From Candidatus Zhuqueibacterota bacterium (GTDB taxonomy: Bacteria; Zhuqueibacterota; Zhuqueibacteria; JANLFK01; Oleimicrobiaceae): a stretch of DNA of 64,000 bases. Positions 20,429-34,739 of the stretch are shown here, piece after piece. Numbering within the stretch: position 1 is the first letter of the stretch; each line of letters starts with the position of its first letter. The DNA is taken from NCBI GenBank assembly GCA_024655945.1, contig JANLFK010000007.1, positions 133,123 through 197,122 on the forward strand, read 5' to 3'. Under the pieces are notes generated by a model. It ran no database searches and was not told the origin of the DNA. It saw only the letters and a list, made by a program, of their open reading frames with translations. The position numbers were made by a program, and so were the translations under genes.

Positions 20429-21124
20429 ATGCAGATCCACGTCATCACGGCCTTCCCGAACCTGTTGCAGGGCCCGCTGGACGAGAGCATCATCAAGCGG
20501 GCGCGCGAGCGCAATATCGTGCAGATCTACGTGCACGACCTGCGCGACTTTACCACCGACAAGCATCGCAGCGTCGACGACTACCCCTATGGCGGCGGGC
20601 CGGGCATGGTGCTCAAACCGGAGCCGATCTTTCGTTGCGTGGACCATATTCTGGCAGAGTGCCGGCTGCAGCAACCGCGCATCATCTTGATGACCCCGCA
20701 AGGGGAGCGCTACACGCAGCGGATGGCCATCGCCCTTTCCACCGTGGAGGCGATGATCATCATCTGCGGACATTACAAAGGGGTGGACGAACGCGTGCGC
20801 ATAGCGCTGGTCACCGATGAAATCTCCATCGGCGACTATGTGCTGAGCGGCGGCGAGCTGCCCGCAGCAGTGGTCATCGATTCGGTGGTCAGGCTGCTGC
20901 CCGGGGCCATTAGTGACCCGCTGTCAGCAGAGGGAGACTCGTTCCACCGTGGCATGCTCGACCACCCGCACTACACCAGACCAGAGGAGTTTCGCGGCAT
21001 GCGCGTGCCGGAGGTGCTGTTGTCGGGCAACCATGCCGCTATCGAGCGCTGGCGGCAGGAGCAAGCATTGGAGCAAACCCGGCGCCGGCGAAAAGACCTG
21101 TTGCAGGGAATGGAGAACGAATAG
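20429..21124 (+). CDS. trmD: tRNA (guanine37-N1)-methyltransferase TrmD
   Basis: [10 protein letters not shown]...[15 protein letters not shown]...[10 protein letters not shown]...[14 protein letters not shown] are classic SPOUT TrmD motifs. A GAGGAG SD precedes the ATG at 20429, immediately after the rimM TAG stop. Confidence 0.9.
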   Translation: MQIHVITAFPNLLQGPLDESIIKRARERNIVQIYVHDLRDFTTDKHRSVDDYPYGGGPGMVLKPEPIFRCVDHILAECRLQQPRIILMTPQGERYTQRMAIALSTVEAMIIICGHYKGVDERVRIALVTDEISIGDYVLSGGELPAAVVIDSVVRLLPGAISDPLSAEGDSFHRGMLDHPHYTRPEEFRGMRVPEVLLSGNHAAIERWRQEQALEQTRRRRKDLLQGMENE

Positions 21125-21157
21125 TGGCCAGCGGCCACATCAACGGGAGGCTTTGCA

Positions 21158-21499
21158 ATGAACAAGGCGGACCTGATCACCGCAGGGCAACTGAAAGAGG
21201 ACATCCCCGACTTTAAGGCTGGCGACACGATTGCCGTGCACGTCAAAGTGATCGAAGGGGACAAGGAGCGCATCCAGATCTTCAAAGGGGTGGTGCTGCA
21301 GCGCCGGGGCGCAGGCATCAACGAGACCTTCACCGTGCGCAAGGTATCTGACGGCGTGGGCGTAGAGCGGGTTTTCCCCCTGCACTCTCCGCGCATTGCC
21401 AAGATCGAGCTGGTGAGGCGTGGGCGCGTGCGGCGTGCCAAGCTGTTCTACCTGCGCAAGCTCATGGGCAAGGCTGCCCGCATCGAGGAAGAGCGCTGA
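21158..21499 (+). CDS. rplS: 50S ribosomal protein L19
   Basis: 113 aa. [31 protein letters not shown]...[10 protein letters not shown]. Confidence 0.95.
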   Translation: MNKADLITAGQLKEDIPDFKAGDTIAVHVKVIEGDKERIQIFKGVVLQRRGAGINETFTVRKVSDGVGVERVFPLHSPRIAKIELVRRGRVRRAKLFYLRKLMGKAARIEEER

Positions 21500-21525
21500 A
21501 CCCAACCCCTGTGCGCTCCCAGTTA

Positions 21526-21560
21526 GACCATTATCGTCGTGACGATAATGGTTTTTCTTT
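21526..21560 (+). terminator. rho-independent terminator of the ffh-rplS operon
   Basis: Perfect 12-bp stem ACCATTATCGTC-gtg-GACGATAATGGT followed by TTTTTCTTT. Confidence 0.7.
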
Positions 21561-21604
21561 GTCTGAACGCTGGTAGAGCGTTCCCTGGTCACGCGGAGGA
21601 TACC

Positions 21605-22939
21605 ATGCAGGAGGAGAACGCGCGCCGGCAGATTCCCGGCCCGGAAAGCATACGCCTCATGCAGCGCAAGCAAGGGGAACTTCCGCCCGCGGCCTACACG
21701 CTGACGCCCATATTCATCGCGGAGGCGCACGGCGCCCAGCTGGTTGACGTGGACGGCAATCGCTTCATAGATTTTGCCGGCGGGATAGGCGTGCTCAACG
21801 TCGGGCACACTCACCCCAAGGTCGTGGAAGCTGTCATTGCGCAGGTGCGCAAATTCACCCACTCCTGCTTTCATGTGCTCCCCTACGAGTCCTACGTGGC
21901 GCTCGCGGCGCGGCTGAACCGTCTGGCTCCGGGAGACTCCAAGAAGAAGACCATTTTGGTCAACTCGGGCGCCGAGGCTGTGGAAAACGCGGTCAAGATC
22001 GCCAAGTACCACACCGGGCGCTATGCGTTGGTGAGCTTTGAGCACGGCTACCATGGGCGTACCTATCTGACCATGTCGCTCAACGGCAAGGTGGCGCCGT
22101 ACCGCAAGGGCTTTGGGCCGGGCGCGCCGGAGGTCTACCACCTGCGGGCGCCCTACTGCTACCGCTGTCCCCACGACAAGCAGCCGAACTCGTGCGCCAC
22201 ATTTTGCGCTTCGCGGCTCGAGGAGTTCTTCATGGTCAATGTGGACCCGCAGGCGGTGGCGGCCGTCATCTTCGAGCCGGTGCTGGGCGAAGGTGGCTTT
22301 GTCCCCTTTCCCCAGGCCTATCTCGCCGCGTTGCGCGAGTTCTGCCGTGCCCACGGCATTTTGCTCATCGCCGACGAGATTCAGACCGGTTGGGGCAGGA
22401 CCGGCAGGCTCTTCGCCTGCGAGCACTATGGCCTGGAGCCGGACATCTTGGTGACGGCCAAGTCACTGGCAGGCGGGCTCCCTCTGGCTGCAGTCATCGC
22501 CCGGGCAGAGGTTGTGGACGGCATCCACCCGGCAGGACTGGGCGGCACTTTTAGCGGCAATCCCGTGAGCTGCGCGGCCGCCTTGGCAGTGCTGGAGGTG
22601 AGCGAAGAGGAGGGGCTGGTCAAGCGGGCAGAAGAGATCGGCACGCGCGTGCGAGGCCGTTTTCGCAAAATGCAGGAACGCTACCCGCTCATTGGCGATG
22701 TGCGCGGCCTGGGGGCAATGAACGCACTGGAGTTGGTGAAGGACCGCGCGACCAAAGAGCCTGCCCCGCAGGCGGTCACGCAGGTGCTGCGCCACTGCTA
22801 CGAGCATGGACTGGTCGTCCTCAAGGCGGGCACCTACAACAACTGCATCCGCACGCTCATGCCGTTGGTAATCAGCGATGAGGAACTTGCCGGCGGCCTG
22901 GACATTTTGGAGCAAGCCATTGCCAGCGCCGCGCTCTAA
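21605..22939 (+). CDS. class-III pyridoxal-phosphate aminotransferase (GABA/putrescine/acetylornithine aminotransferase-like)
   Basis: AT-III fold motifs: DFAGGIGVLNVGHTHPKV, VNSGAEAVENAVKIA, ADEIQTGWGRTGR, TAKSLAGG (PLP lysine). A GGAGGA SD precedes the ATG at 21605. The track start at 21539 lies inside the upstream terminator hairpin. Confidence 0.85.
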   Translation: MQEENARRQIPGPESIRLMQRKQGELPPAAYTLTPIFIAEAHGAQLVDVDGNRFIDFAGGIGVLNVGHTHPKVVEAVIAQVRKFTHSCFHVLPYESYVALAARLNRLAPGDSKKKTILVNSGAEAVENAVKIAKYHTGRYALVSFEHGYHGRTYLTMSLNGKVAPYRKGFGPGAPEVYHLRAPYCYRCPHDKQPNSCATFCASRLEEFFMVNVDPQAVAAVIFEPVLGEGGFVPFPQAYLAALREFCRAHGILLIADEIQTGWGRTGRLFACEHYGLEPDILVTAKSLAGGLPLAAVIARAEVVDGIHPAGLGGTFSGNPVSCAAALAVLEVSEEEGLVKRAEEIGTRVRGRFRKMQERYPLIGDVRGLGAMNALELVKDRATKEPAPQAVTQVLRHCYEHGLVVLKAGTYNNCIRTLMPLVISDEELAGGLDILEQAIASAAL

Positions 22940-23119
22940 ACCCGTAGCGGCTCCGCCAACGCGCTCAGGGGAGAGCAAGCATGCCGGGTCTTGCGCACCG
23001 CACCGCTGACGCGGGTTCCCGAGCTCTGGGTGAGCGACAGTGGTTTGCAAACGTGGCAGCGGCTACAGGAGTGGTGGGCTGGCCGTCCCCTCTCGGGGCA
23101 GTTTTCCACCTCGCTTTGC

Positions 23120-23989
23120 CTACCGCGCCAGGACGTAGCCGATGATTTTGTAGGCCAATTTCGCTGCCAAAAAGTCCGGCGCCACCAGTCCAGGGGTGGG
23201 CGCAAGCTCCACCACATCGGCAGCGATGATGGGACAGGCGCTGGCCACCCCGCGCAGGAGCTCGATGGTCTGGTACCAGAAGAGGCCGCCGGGCTCGGGC
23301 GTGCCGGTTGCCGGCATGATGGCCGGATCCAAGGCATCCAGATCAAGGGTCAGGTAGAGCGGCCCCGCACCGTACCTGTTGAGCGCCTCCACCACCTGTG
23401 CCGCGCCGGGATGCTGCTCGGCAAAAAAGGTGGTGACCCGACTGTGGCGCAGCGGCTCCACCTCTTCTGCCGACATGCTTCTGATCCCCACCTGGACCAC
23501 CGGCACCCCCAATTCCACCACACGGCGCATCACACAGGCGTGGCTGAAGGGCGAGCCCTCGTAGGAGTCACGCATGTCCGCATGTGCGTCGAATTGCAGG
23601 ACGCGCAGCTCAGGGTACCTCTCTTTGCAGGCCTGCACCGCGCCGAGAGTGATGGAGTGTTCGCCACCCAAGGTGAGCACCATCTTGCCGTCGGCCAGAA
23701 GAGGAGCCGTCGCCTGGCGCACGGCGGCAACCATCACCTCTGGGCCCGAGGCCTCGCTGCTCAGCGGGGGCAGCGTCCAGATGCCGTGCTCCACTGGGCT
23801 CTGCCCGAGCTCGTGGTCGTAGAGCTCCATATGGCCGGAGGCCTCTAAAATGGCCAACGGGCCGCGCCGCGTCCCGGGCTGGTAGGAGGTGGTCGAGTCG
23901 TACGGCACCGGCAGCACCACGCAGCGAGCCGCCTCGTAGGTGCCTGGGTCCTCGATCCCCCCAAAGTTGAGCAGCACGCCTTGCCTCAT
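23120..23989 (-). CDS. speB: agmatinase / arginase-family ureohydrolase
   Basis: 289 aa from the ATG at 23989 (MRQGVLLNFGG...). Motifs DAHADMRD, SHACV, LDLDALDP (Mn-binding). The longer track ORF (to 24427) is a spurious extension overlapping the upstream gene. Confidence 0.8.
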   Translation of the reverse strand: MRQGVLLNFGGIEDPGTYEAARCVVLPVPYDSTTSYQPGTRRGPLAILEASGHMELYDHELGQSPVEHGIWTLPPLSSEASGPEVMVAAVRQATAPLLADGKMVLTLGGEHSITLGAVQACKERYPELRVLQFDAHADMRDSYEGSPFSHACVMRRVVELGVPVVQVGIRSMSAEEVEPLRHSRVTTFFAEQHPGAAQVVEALNRYGAGPLYLTLDLDALDPAIMPATGTPEPGGLFWYQTIELLRGVASACPIIAADVVELAPTPGLVAPDFLAAKLAYKIIGYVLAR

Positions 23990-23999
23990 GGCGCCCCTC

Positions 24000-25109
24000 T
24001 CACCTCTTGCGACGCTGCCGCTTCTGGAAGTCCTGGCGCAGGGCCTGCAGAAGCTGATCCCGCCGGTCGTACAGTCGCTTATGCACGCGCGGCTTGGCGT
24101 TAGCCAGCACGTAGGCGGTGAGGAGCGGCAGAGCGATGGTGGTGTCCACGTAGCAGACCACCGTGTCCGGCAATTGCGCCGGGTTGACTTTACCCCAGCT
24201 GACTGCCTCGCTGGGCGTGGCACCGGAAAGGCCACCCGTATCCGGCCGCGCATCGGTAATCTGAATGAAGTAGTCGTGCCCCTTCTCCGGAATCCCCAAC
24301 ACTTCCTGAATCTGCGGCTCGGTCTGCAGGAGAAAGTTCTTGGGGGCGCCTCCGCCCAGGATGACCACGGCACTCTTGCCACCTTTGCGCTTGGCGTCGT
24401 AGACGATGGCCGCCGTCTCGTTAACATCGGCCATCACGTCCAGCAGGCGCGGTCTGCCGCGCAACGAGTGCTCGGCCAAGTTCATGCCGATGGACGAGTC
24501 CCCGGGCGAAGGTGTGTAGACGGGCACCCCGTGCCTGTAGGCCGCCACCAGAATGGACTCTGTCTGCACGCCGAGGGCTTCGTTGCGCTTGGCCAGGTAC
24601 TTGCCCAAAAGGTGATGCAGCTGCGCAGTGGTCATGGGCATATCGAACTCCGGCGCCGCGGTCACCTCGCGGAGATAGCGGTCGGTAGTGAGCAGCACCT
24701 CGTAGTCGAACAGCACGTCGTAGATACGGATGACACCGTGCTTGCGCAGCTCAGGGTCCGGCACAAAAGGTGAGCCGGCGTGCAAGGCCAGGTCCAAGGC
24801 AAAGTGCGCGTCGTGGTAGAGATTGGCGCCCGTGGAGGTTATCCAGTCCACGAAGCCGTGCTCGATAAGGGGCACGATGCACGACAGCCCGAGCCCGGCA
24901 GGGGTCAGCGCACCGGACAGGCTGAGGCCAACCGTCACCTCTTCGCGCAAGACCTTCTCCACCAGCAGGTGCGCCGCCTCCCTGAGGCGGGCGGCGTTGT
25001 AGGCTAAGAAGGTCTTGTCCACCAGCTCAGTCACCGAGATGGTGCCGGCGATGGGCGCCGGTTTAATGCGCGGTCCGCGCAGGTAAGGCGACTTGCTCCG
25101 TCTTGCCAT
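24000..25109 (-). CDS. deoxyhypusine synthase-like protein (bacterial DHS/homospermidine-synthase-like)
   Basis: 369 aa. [20 protein letters not shown] and other DHS-family blocks. Located between pdaD and speB. Confidence 0.75.
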   Translation of the reverse strand: MARRSKSPYLRGPRIKPAPIAGTISVTELVDKTFLAYNAARLREAAHLLVEKVLREEVTVGLSLSGALTPAGLGLSCIVPLIEHGFVDWITSTGANLYHDAHFALDLALHAGSPFVPDPELRKHGVIRIYDVLFDYEVLLTTDRYLREVTAAPEFDMPMTTAQLHHLLGKYLAKRNEALGVQTESILVAAYRHGVPVYTPSPGDSSIGMNLAEHSLRGRPRLLDVMADVNETAAIVYDAKRKGGKSAVVILGGGAPKNFLLQTEPQIQEVLGIPEKGHDYFIQITDARPDTGGLSGATPSEAVSWGKVNPAQLPDTVVCYVDTTIALPLLTAYVLANAKPRVHKRLYDRRDQLLQALRQDFQKRQRRKR

Positions 25110-25122
25110 GCAGCGCTCCTAA

Positions 25123-25674
25123 TCAGGGGAGAAGAACGGCGGCAGCTACCACCGTGGTCCACTTGCCTTCCTTGTCCACGTTGGCCGACTGCGTGATGTT
25201 GCGGCTGTGCACGATCTTGCCGCTGATTTTCCAGATCTGCCGCTTGTTGTCCCAGCTTTCGTCTTCGTCGAATTCCACGCCCAAGGTGGAGGCGAGCATG
25301 GCGGCGGCCAAGTCTTCGGCATAGTCGCCGGCCTCTTTCTCCGTCTGGCCAAAGGCGTGATGTTCGCTCAAGTAGCCGTACATCGTCTTGTCGGCCGGGA
25401 TGGCCACGCCCACAGAGGCAGCAATCTGCCGACGGGGCTCGTTGCTACTGGCGCGCGCGATGACGCAGAAGGCGATCTGCCCAGGCTTGAGCAGCGACAG
25501 CCCGCGCTCCCGCGAGAGAATCTTGCACCCCGGCGGCAGGATGCTGCTCACCGAGACAATATTCAAGAACTGAATGCCCGCGTGGCGCAAAGCCAACTCG
25601 AACGACTGCAGTTCCTCGCGGTGCACACCGACACCCTTGGTCAAAAACATTTTCGTAGGCACAAACATCTTCAC
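25123..25674 (-). CDS. pdaD: pyruvoyl-dependent arginine decarboxylase
   Basis: 183 aa. [32 protein letters not shown]...[12 protein letters not shown] matches the PdaD family with the Ser-Ser self-cleavage region. Confidence 0.85.
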   Translation of the reverse strand: MKMFVPTKMFLTKGVGVHREELQSFELALRHAGIQFLNIVSVSSILPPGCKILSRERGLSLLKPGQIAFCVIARASSNEPRRQIAASVGVAIPADKTMYGYLSEHHAFGQTEKEAGDYAEDLAAAMLASTLGVEFDEDESWDNKRQIWKISGKIVHSRNITQSANVDKEGKWTTVVAAAVLLP

Positions 25675-26128
25675 ATTTCCTCCCGTTGTCAGTCAAGGGG
25701 CGCTGGAGATCGAGGCCGCTGCGCGCGAGCCGAACAGGTGCAGGTGGTAAGCCTGCGCACAAGGACTTTGCCGCGATTAGGCGCGCGTACTCAAGCCCGT
25801 GGCAAAGTGGGCAAGCAGCGAACAGGTAACCTGACGATTGTGGGGAGGTGACGCGACGCAAGGGATGAAACGAAGGGTGCGGAACCGCCGAGGGGAGCAA
25901 CGAACGGCGGCGCGAGGAAAGACCACTGCTCCTTCCATGCTCATCTCCTTAGCTGTCCTCCAGACGTGCGTAGCCCACTGCGTTCAGAAACCAAATGACC
26001 TGCGCAAGGTACGTCAACATGGTGAAAGCCTCGCTTTGTTCTTGCCACAAAACTCGGGCGCAAATATAGCGAACTGGCGGCAAAAAATCAACCGATTAGT
26101 TGGAGACAAAGGTTCCGGTTGTTACCTT

Positions 26129-26520
26129 TCAGGCCCCATGACGGGCACACCCTTGGAAAGGCGCAGGAGGCGGCCCCGATGGATGGCGCGGCGCATCTTG
26201 CGCCTCTGCCAGATACGCTTTCACCAGGGCCTTGAAGAGCCGGCCGTGGTTGGGCACCTTGAGGTGCACCAGCTCGTGCACCATGACCTGCCGGCGAAAG
26301 GCAGGGGTTTGGGTCAGCGGTTCAACGCTCAGGGTAAGGCGCCCACGGGAAGAGAGGCTGGCCCACTTGCGCTTCATCGGACGAAGGTGAATTTCCCGGA
26401 TGCGCTCTTCCACACCGATGCGCCGCGCCCAGGCGTGGACTTCGGCCAGAAGGATGTCCCGTGCTACAGCCTCCTGCAAGGGTGCTCCGGACAAGCCCGG
26501 GGGTTCATCGCTCGTGAGCT

Positions 26521-26524
<4 letters not shown>
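26129..26524 (-). CDS. YgjP-like (DUF45/M48-family) zinc metallopeptidase-like protein accessory to the type I R-M system
   Basis: HELVHLKVPNHGRLF carries an HExxH motif. ATGA overlap with the hsdR stop. DUF45 genes commonly accompany hsdR. Confidence 0.65.
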
Positions 26525-29499
<2,975 letters not shown>

Positions 29500-29503
<4 letters not shown>

Positions 29504-30174
29504 GGTGTGTCCTCCAAAAGATGGGGACTTGTAGAAGTACCGCGCTGCTGTGCCCCCTGGATCGTCTCCCAGATCTTTTGTGCCAATGGATCATCGCCTG
29601 TGCGCTCCGGGTTATAGCGATCCAGATGCAAACGCAACGGGTTTTCGGCAATATATTGGCGAATGACTTCCAAAGTTTTATCATTACGAATAATGTGTTC
29701 ATAATAGTTCCGTTGCCACAGAGAAACGCCATAGGTGTTGGATAACGCATTGGTTCGTTTGGTGACCGCAGATTTGAATTGGCAAACAATCGCGCCAATG
29801 GGTGATGGAACCGGACCACATGGCCGTTTCGTATGGCCAACCGATGTAGGGGCGACCCGTCGGGTCGCCCCTACATCAACGATCCAAATGATGCCGTGAA
29901 TGTGATTGGGCATGACCACGAATTCATCGGCCCGCAATGGCACATACGGACGAATCCGCGCGGTTTTAAACCATTCCTCGCGCACCATTTCACCCAGCGC
30001 ATTGAGCCGCATCACCCCGTCCACCACACGACCGAACAGGTGCGTTCGGTCGTGCGTGACGATGGTGATGAAATACGCCCCGGGTTGGGTGTAATCGTAC
30101 CCTTTCAGGCGAATGGAACGCCGGTGGTGACGGGTTGGGTCATACGGACACACGAGGTTCCTCCTGCCGAACAC
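29500..30174 (-). CDS. REP-associated tyrosine transposase (RAYT; IS200/Y1-transposase-like), copy 1
   Basis: GTG start. RSIRLKGYDYTQPGAYFITIVTHDRTHLFG, HUH motif NHIHGIIWI, catalytic Tyr region WQRNYYEHIIRNDK. Stop overlaps the hsdR start. A 35-nt palindrome sits inside the coding sequence. Confidence 0.8.
29843..29877. repeat. REP-like perfect palindrome inside RAYT copy 1
   Basis: GATGTAGGGGCGACCCGTCGGGTCGCCCCTACATC. The 29-nt core GTAGGGGCGACCCG(T/C)CGGGTCGCCCCTAC recurs at 31483-31511 and, degenerate, at 28171-28195. It is translated in-frame as VGATRRVAPT. Confidence 0.8.
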
Positions 30175-31444
30175 GCGCTACGAACGACGCCGGCAACTGT
30201 CGCCGGGCGCTCATCAACTGGTGCAGCAGCGAGCGGAAGAGTTCCTGCGCCGCACGCACCTGCGCCTCCTCCGCCGCCAGGCCCCGATCCACCGCCTGCA
30301 GGATGCGGGCGATTTCGCGCTGCTCGGAGAGCGGGGGGAGGGGGATGGGAAGATTTCTCATTACCCCCTGGGATAATTTTCCTCGCGTCGTGCCACTAAT
30401 AAACATGGAGATATCCATCCAGTGCAGCACATGCATCAGGAACCAATTATCCAACTTGTCTGGAATGCCCTTGAGTACATGGGCATGATTGTTAACCCAG
30501 AACTTGCCCTGCATTATGTAAGCAGATTGTTCACACGCTCCCCAATATCCTTCATCTTCAGCCAACAAAACAAATTCTCCATCAAACAGGTAGTCGTCGA
30601 TAAAGTCTAGAATGCCATTTGCGCCACAATACGGGTAAATCCCCTTACGTCGCTGTCTCTCTTTCTCATTCAGAGGAATTCTTATGTGGTCGAGAATCTC
30701 AACAACCTCCCCCAACCTCACCACCCGCCAGTGTGCCGGCAGGGGACCAAGTTCGGTCTCCTGCAGCGGCACCTGAGCGGCCCGGTCGAGCGGCACGGGG
30801 CCGTAGGTGGACAGGTGGCGCATCAGGCTGCGCTTCAGTTCGCGCAGCGCGGCGATGACCCGCTCACTCGCCTCCTGCGCCCGCTGCACCGCGCGCAGCA
30901 CATGGGCAATGGCGCGTTGCTCGGGGAGAGGGGGGAGGGGGATGGGAAAATTTTTCAGAACAGTTTGACTAATATTTGGCTGAGCGCCGCCATAACGTTC
31001 AGTCAACAACTCATCTCGGCGACGAATGAACGTGTAGAACAAGTATTCCGAAGACATCTCCTTATGGGGAAATATTGCGCAAACAGCCTGGTTGGTAGCG
31101 GCATTTATCTTCAACAATCCAACTTTTCCTGTGGTAGCGCCATACATTGCAACCAGTAAAGTTCCTTTTGGGAAAATTCTAGCGCTGGAATTCAGTAACC
31201 CCAATTCCGTAAGGCTCTCTTCTGTAAATTCAATCGCGGCATCTCTTAGTTCGCCAGATTTCACCCAGGGTATTTGCCCTCCAAAGTATTCATCTCTTTT
31301 TCGGTCAGGAGTTCCTCCGCTTTTGGTCTCCGCCACCTCCCCCAACCGCACCACCTGCCAGTAAGCGGGCAGGGGGCCGAGTGCGGTCATTTTGAAGCCG
31401 TCGGGGAGGTCGGTTGGAGCCTCGGGTGGAGTGGGGCGGGTCAT
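30140..31444 (-). CDS. hsdS: type I restriction-modification specificity subunit HsdS (two TRDs)
   Basis: 434 aa. Duplicated conserved repeats (LPPLPEQRAIAHVL / LPPLSEQREIARIL) flank two variable target-recognition domains. Confidence 0.9.
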   Translation of the reverse strand: MTRPTPPEAPTDLPDGFKMTALGPLPAYWQVVRLGEVAETKSGGTPDRKRDEYFGGQIPWVKSGELRDAAIEFTEESLTELGLLNSSARIFPKGTLLVAMYGATTGKVGLLKINAATNQAVCAIFPHKEMSSEYLFYTFIRRRDELLTERYGGAQPNISQTVLKNFPIPLPPLPEQRAIAHVLRAVQRAQEASERVIAALRELKRSLMRHLSTYGPVPLDRAAQVPLQETELGPLPAHWRVVRLGEVVEILDHIRIPLNEKERQRRKGIYPYCGANGILDFIDDYLFDGEFVLLAEDEGYWGACEQSAYIMQGKFWVNNHAHVLKGIPDKLDNWFLMHVLHWMDISMFISGTTRGKLSQGVMRNLPIPLPPLSEQREIARILQAVDRGLAAEEAQVRAAQELFRSLLHQLMSARRQLPASFVARVRQEEPRVSV

Positions 31445-31482
31445 GGTTGTGCCTCCTCCGGCGTATCCAGGTCGTTGGTTTT

Positions 31483-31511
31483 GTAGGGGCGACCCGCCGG
31501 GTCGCCCCTAC
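31483..31511. repeat. REP (repetitive extragenic palindrome) at the 3' end of RAYT copy 2
   Basis: GTAGGGGCGACCCGCCGGGTCGCCCCTAC is a perfect 29-nt palindrome that overlaps the RAYT2 stop codon and lies 38 nt upstream of the hsdS start. Confidence 0.8.
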
Positions 31512-32100
31512 CAGGTCGGGCGCGGGCCTGGGGGGGCGGGGCCAACCGTGGCGGCGTTGTAGCGGTCCAGGTGCCAGCGCAGCGGATTTTCGGCGATGTA
31601 GCGGCGAATGGTGTTCAGGGCGCCTTCGTTGCGGAGGATGTGTTGGTGATAGTTGCGTTGCCACACGGGCGGGCCGGGCGTGCCCCGCAGGGCGTTGATG
31701 CGACGGGTGACGGCGGATTTGAACGATCCAACGATAGCCCCCAGCGCCCCCGATGCCGGTCCGGATGGGCGGGCGTTTCTCGGTAAGGGCCACGCATGTG
31801 TCGCCCTTACGCGGTTTCGCGCGCCATCGGTTTCCACAATCCAAAGCATCCCATGAACGTGATTTTGCATCACCACGAAGGCGTCCAATTCCGCGTGCGG
31901 AAAATGGTTGGGAATAGCATCCCAACACGTCTGTACAATACGCCCGTATTCATTCAACACCATCTCCCCACCCACCACGGCCCCGAACAGGGAGGCGCGT
32001 TCGTGGGCGCAGATGGGGATGAAATACGCCCCCGGTTGGGTGTAATCGTACCCCTTCAACCGGATGGACCGGCGATGGTGGCGGTCGGGATCGTAAGGGG

Positions 32101-32104
<4 letters not shown>
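31508..32104 (-). CDS. REP-associated tyrosine transposase (RAYT), copy 2
   Basis: 198 aa from the ATG at 32104 (MTPYDPDRHHRRSIRLKGYDYTQPGAYF..., NHVHGMLWIV, WQRNYHQHILRNE). The ATG overlaps the hsdM TGA (ATGA). A GGAGGTG SD is present. About 60% identical to copy 1. Contains an internal 8-bp-arm palindrome GTAAGGGC-N12-GCCCTTAC (31783-31810). The track ORF to 32683 is a spurious extension. Confidence 0.8.
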
Positions 32105-33681
<1,577 letters not shown>

Positions 33682-33755
33682 CTTTGTCTCCTCCACAAGT
33701 GCCCTGCCGGCACAAAATGGATCAGTTCCCCGCTGCAAGGGGCGGACACGCTGCG

Positions 33756-34343
33756 TCACTCAGCAGAGGGCTCACCTCTTGCTGCGGCGGCCCTTTGCCC
33801 CAGGGACCACTCCTCTCTCAGGATGGCGTAGATCGCCGCGTCTTCGAAGGTGCCCCAGCGGAAGAGCGATTGCCGAAGCGTGCCCTCGTAACGCATTCCG
33901 ATTCTTTGCGTCACCCGCCCTGAAGCCGGGTTCTTGGTCATGTGCCGCGCCTGCACGCGGTTCATACCCAGCACGCGAAAGGCATAGTCCACCATGGCCT
34001 TGGCAGCGTCTGTGCAATACCCCTGGTTCCAATAGGGCCTGCCCACCCAATAGCCGAGCTCGGCGAGCTTGTTGGTGGCGTCGATTGCTGCATGGATTGC
34101 GCCGATGAGTTTCCCGCTATCCCTGAGGGTGATGGCCAGGGTAAGGGCCTGCCCGTTGTCATACGCTTGCTGGTGGGTGGCAATCCACTGTTCGGCCACG
34201 CCATCCCCATAGGGATGAGGGATAGCAGTGGTAGTTGCCGCCACTTCCCGAGCGCCGGCCAGTTCTCGGACGACGGGGGCGTCGTCAAGCCTGAACGGGC
34301 GGAGGATTAGCCGAGCGGTGCTTAACGTTGGCATTGCGGCCAT
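33756..34343 (-). CDS. GNAT-family N-acetyltransferase (RimJ/RimL-like)
   Basis: 195 aa. LILRPFRLDDAP..., acetyl-CoA-binding segment, WNQGYCTDAAKAMVDYAF. Confidence 0.8.
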   Translation of the reverse strand: MAAMPTLSTARLILRPFRLDDAPVVRELAGAREVAATTTAIPHPYGDGVAEQWIATHQQAYDNGQALTLAITLRDSGKLIGAIHAAIDATNKLAELGYWVGRPYWNQGYCTDAAKAMVDYAFRVLGMNRVQARHMTKNPASGRVTQRIGMRYEGTLRQSLFRWGTFEDAAIYAILREEWSLGQRAAAARGEPSAE

Positions 34344-34739
34344 TGGTCACTCCTTGAGCTCATGGCATTGCCTTTTGACCAAAAATACAGGCAACAGCTG
34401 CCTTGCGCGGTACCCCCCATGCGCCTGCCCGGGAAAACGCGCGCCTGCAAGATGCGGGGAAAATTGGGAAAGTGCGAGGCTCCTCGCGCGGGAAGGCAAG
34501 CATCGCGCCGTTGCCAGGGAGGCCCGTTGCCCGGACGGCGGTGCCCGCTACCCCGGCCCAGGCAGGCTGTCATCCATGCACGGAGCAAGGTTATGGGACA
34601 TCTTACCACCCTCGTGACCAGCATGGCAGTTAGTGGAAGACCCGCCGCGAACGGGCCTCGTGAATTTTATGAAAAAACCCCTCCCCCGTCAAGGCGTTTC
34701 TCCACCTCGCCAGCTCGGAGGGGGCGCATGGAGCTTGCC

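Noticed and set aside
21539-21604. Track start codon for the aminotransferase at 21539.
   Set aside because: That ATG lies inside the terminator hairpin of the ffh-rplS operon. The ATG at 21605 has a GGAGGA SD and a typical N-terminus.
23990-24427. N-terminal extension of the agmatinase ORF.
   Set aside because: It overlaps the DHS-like gene. Agmatinase homology begins at MRQGVLLNFGG (ATG 23989).
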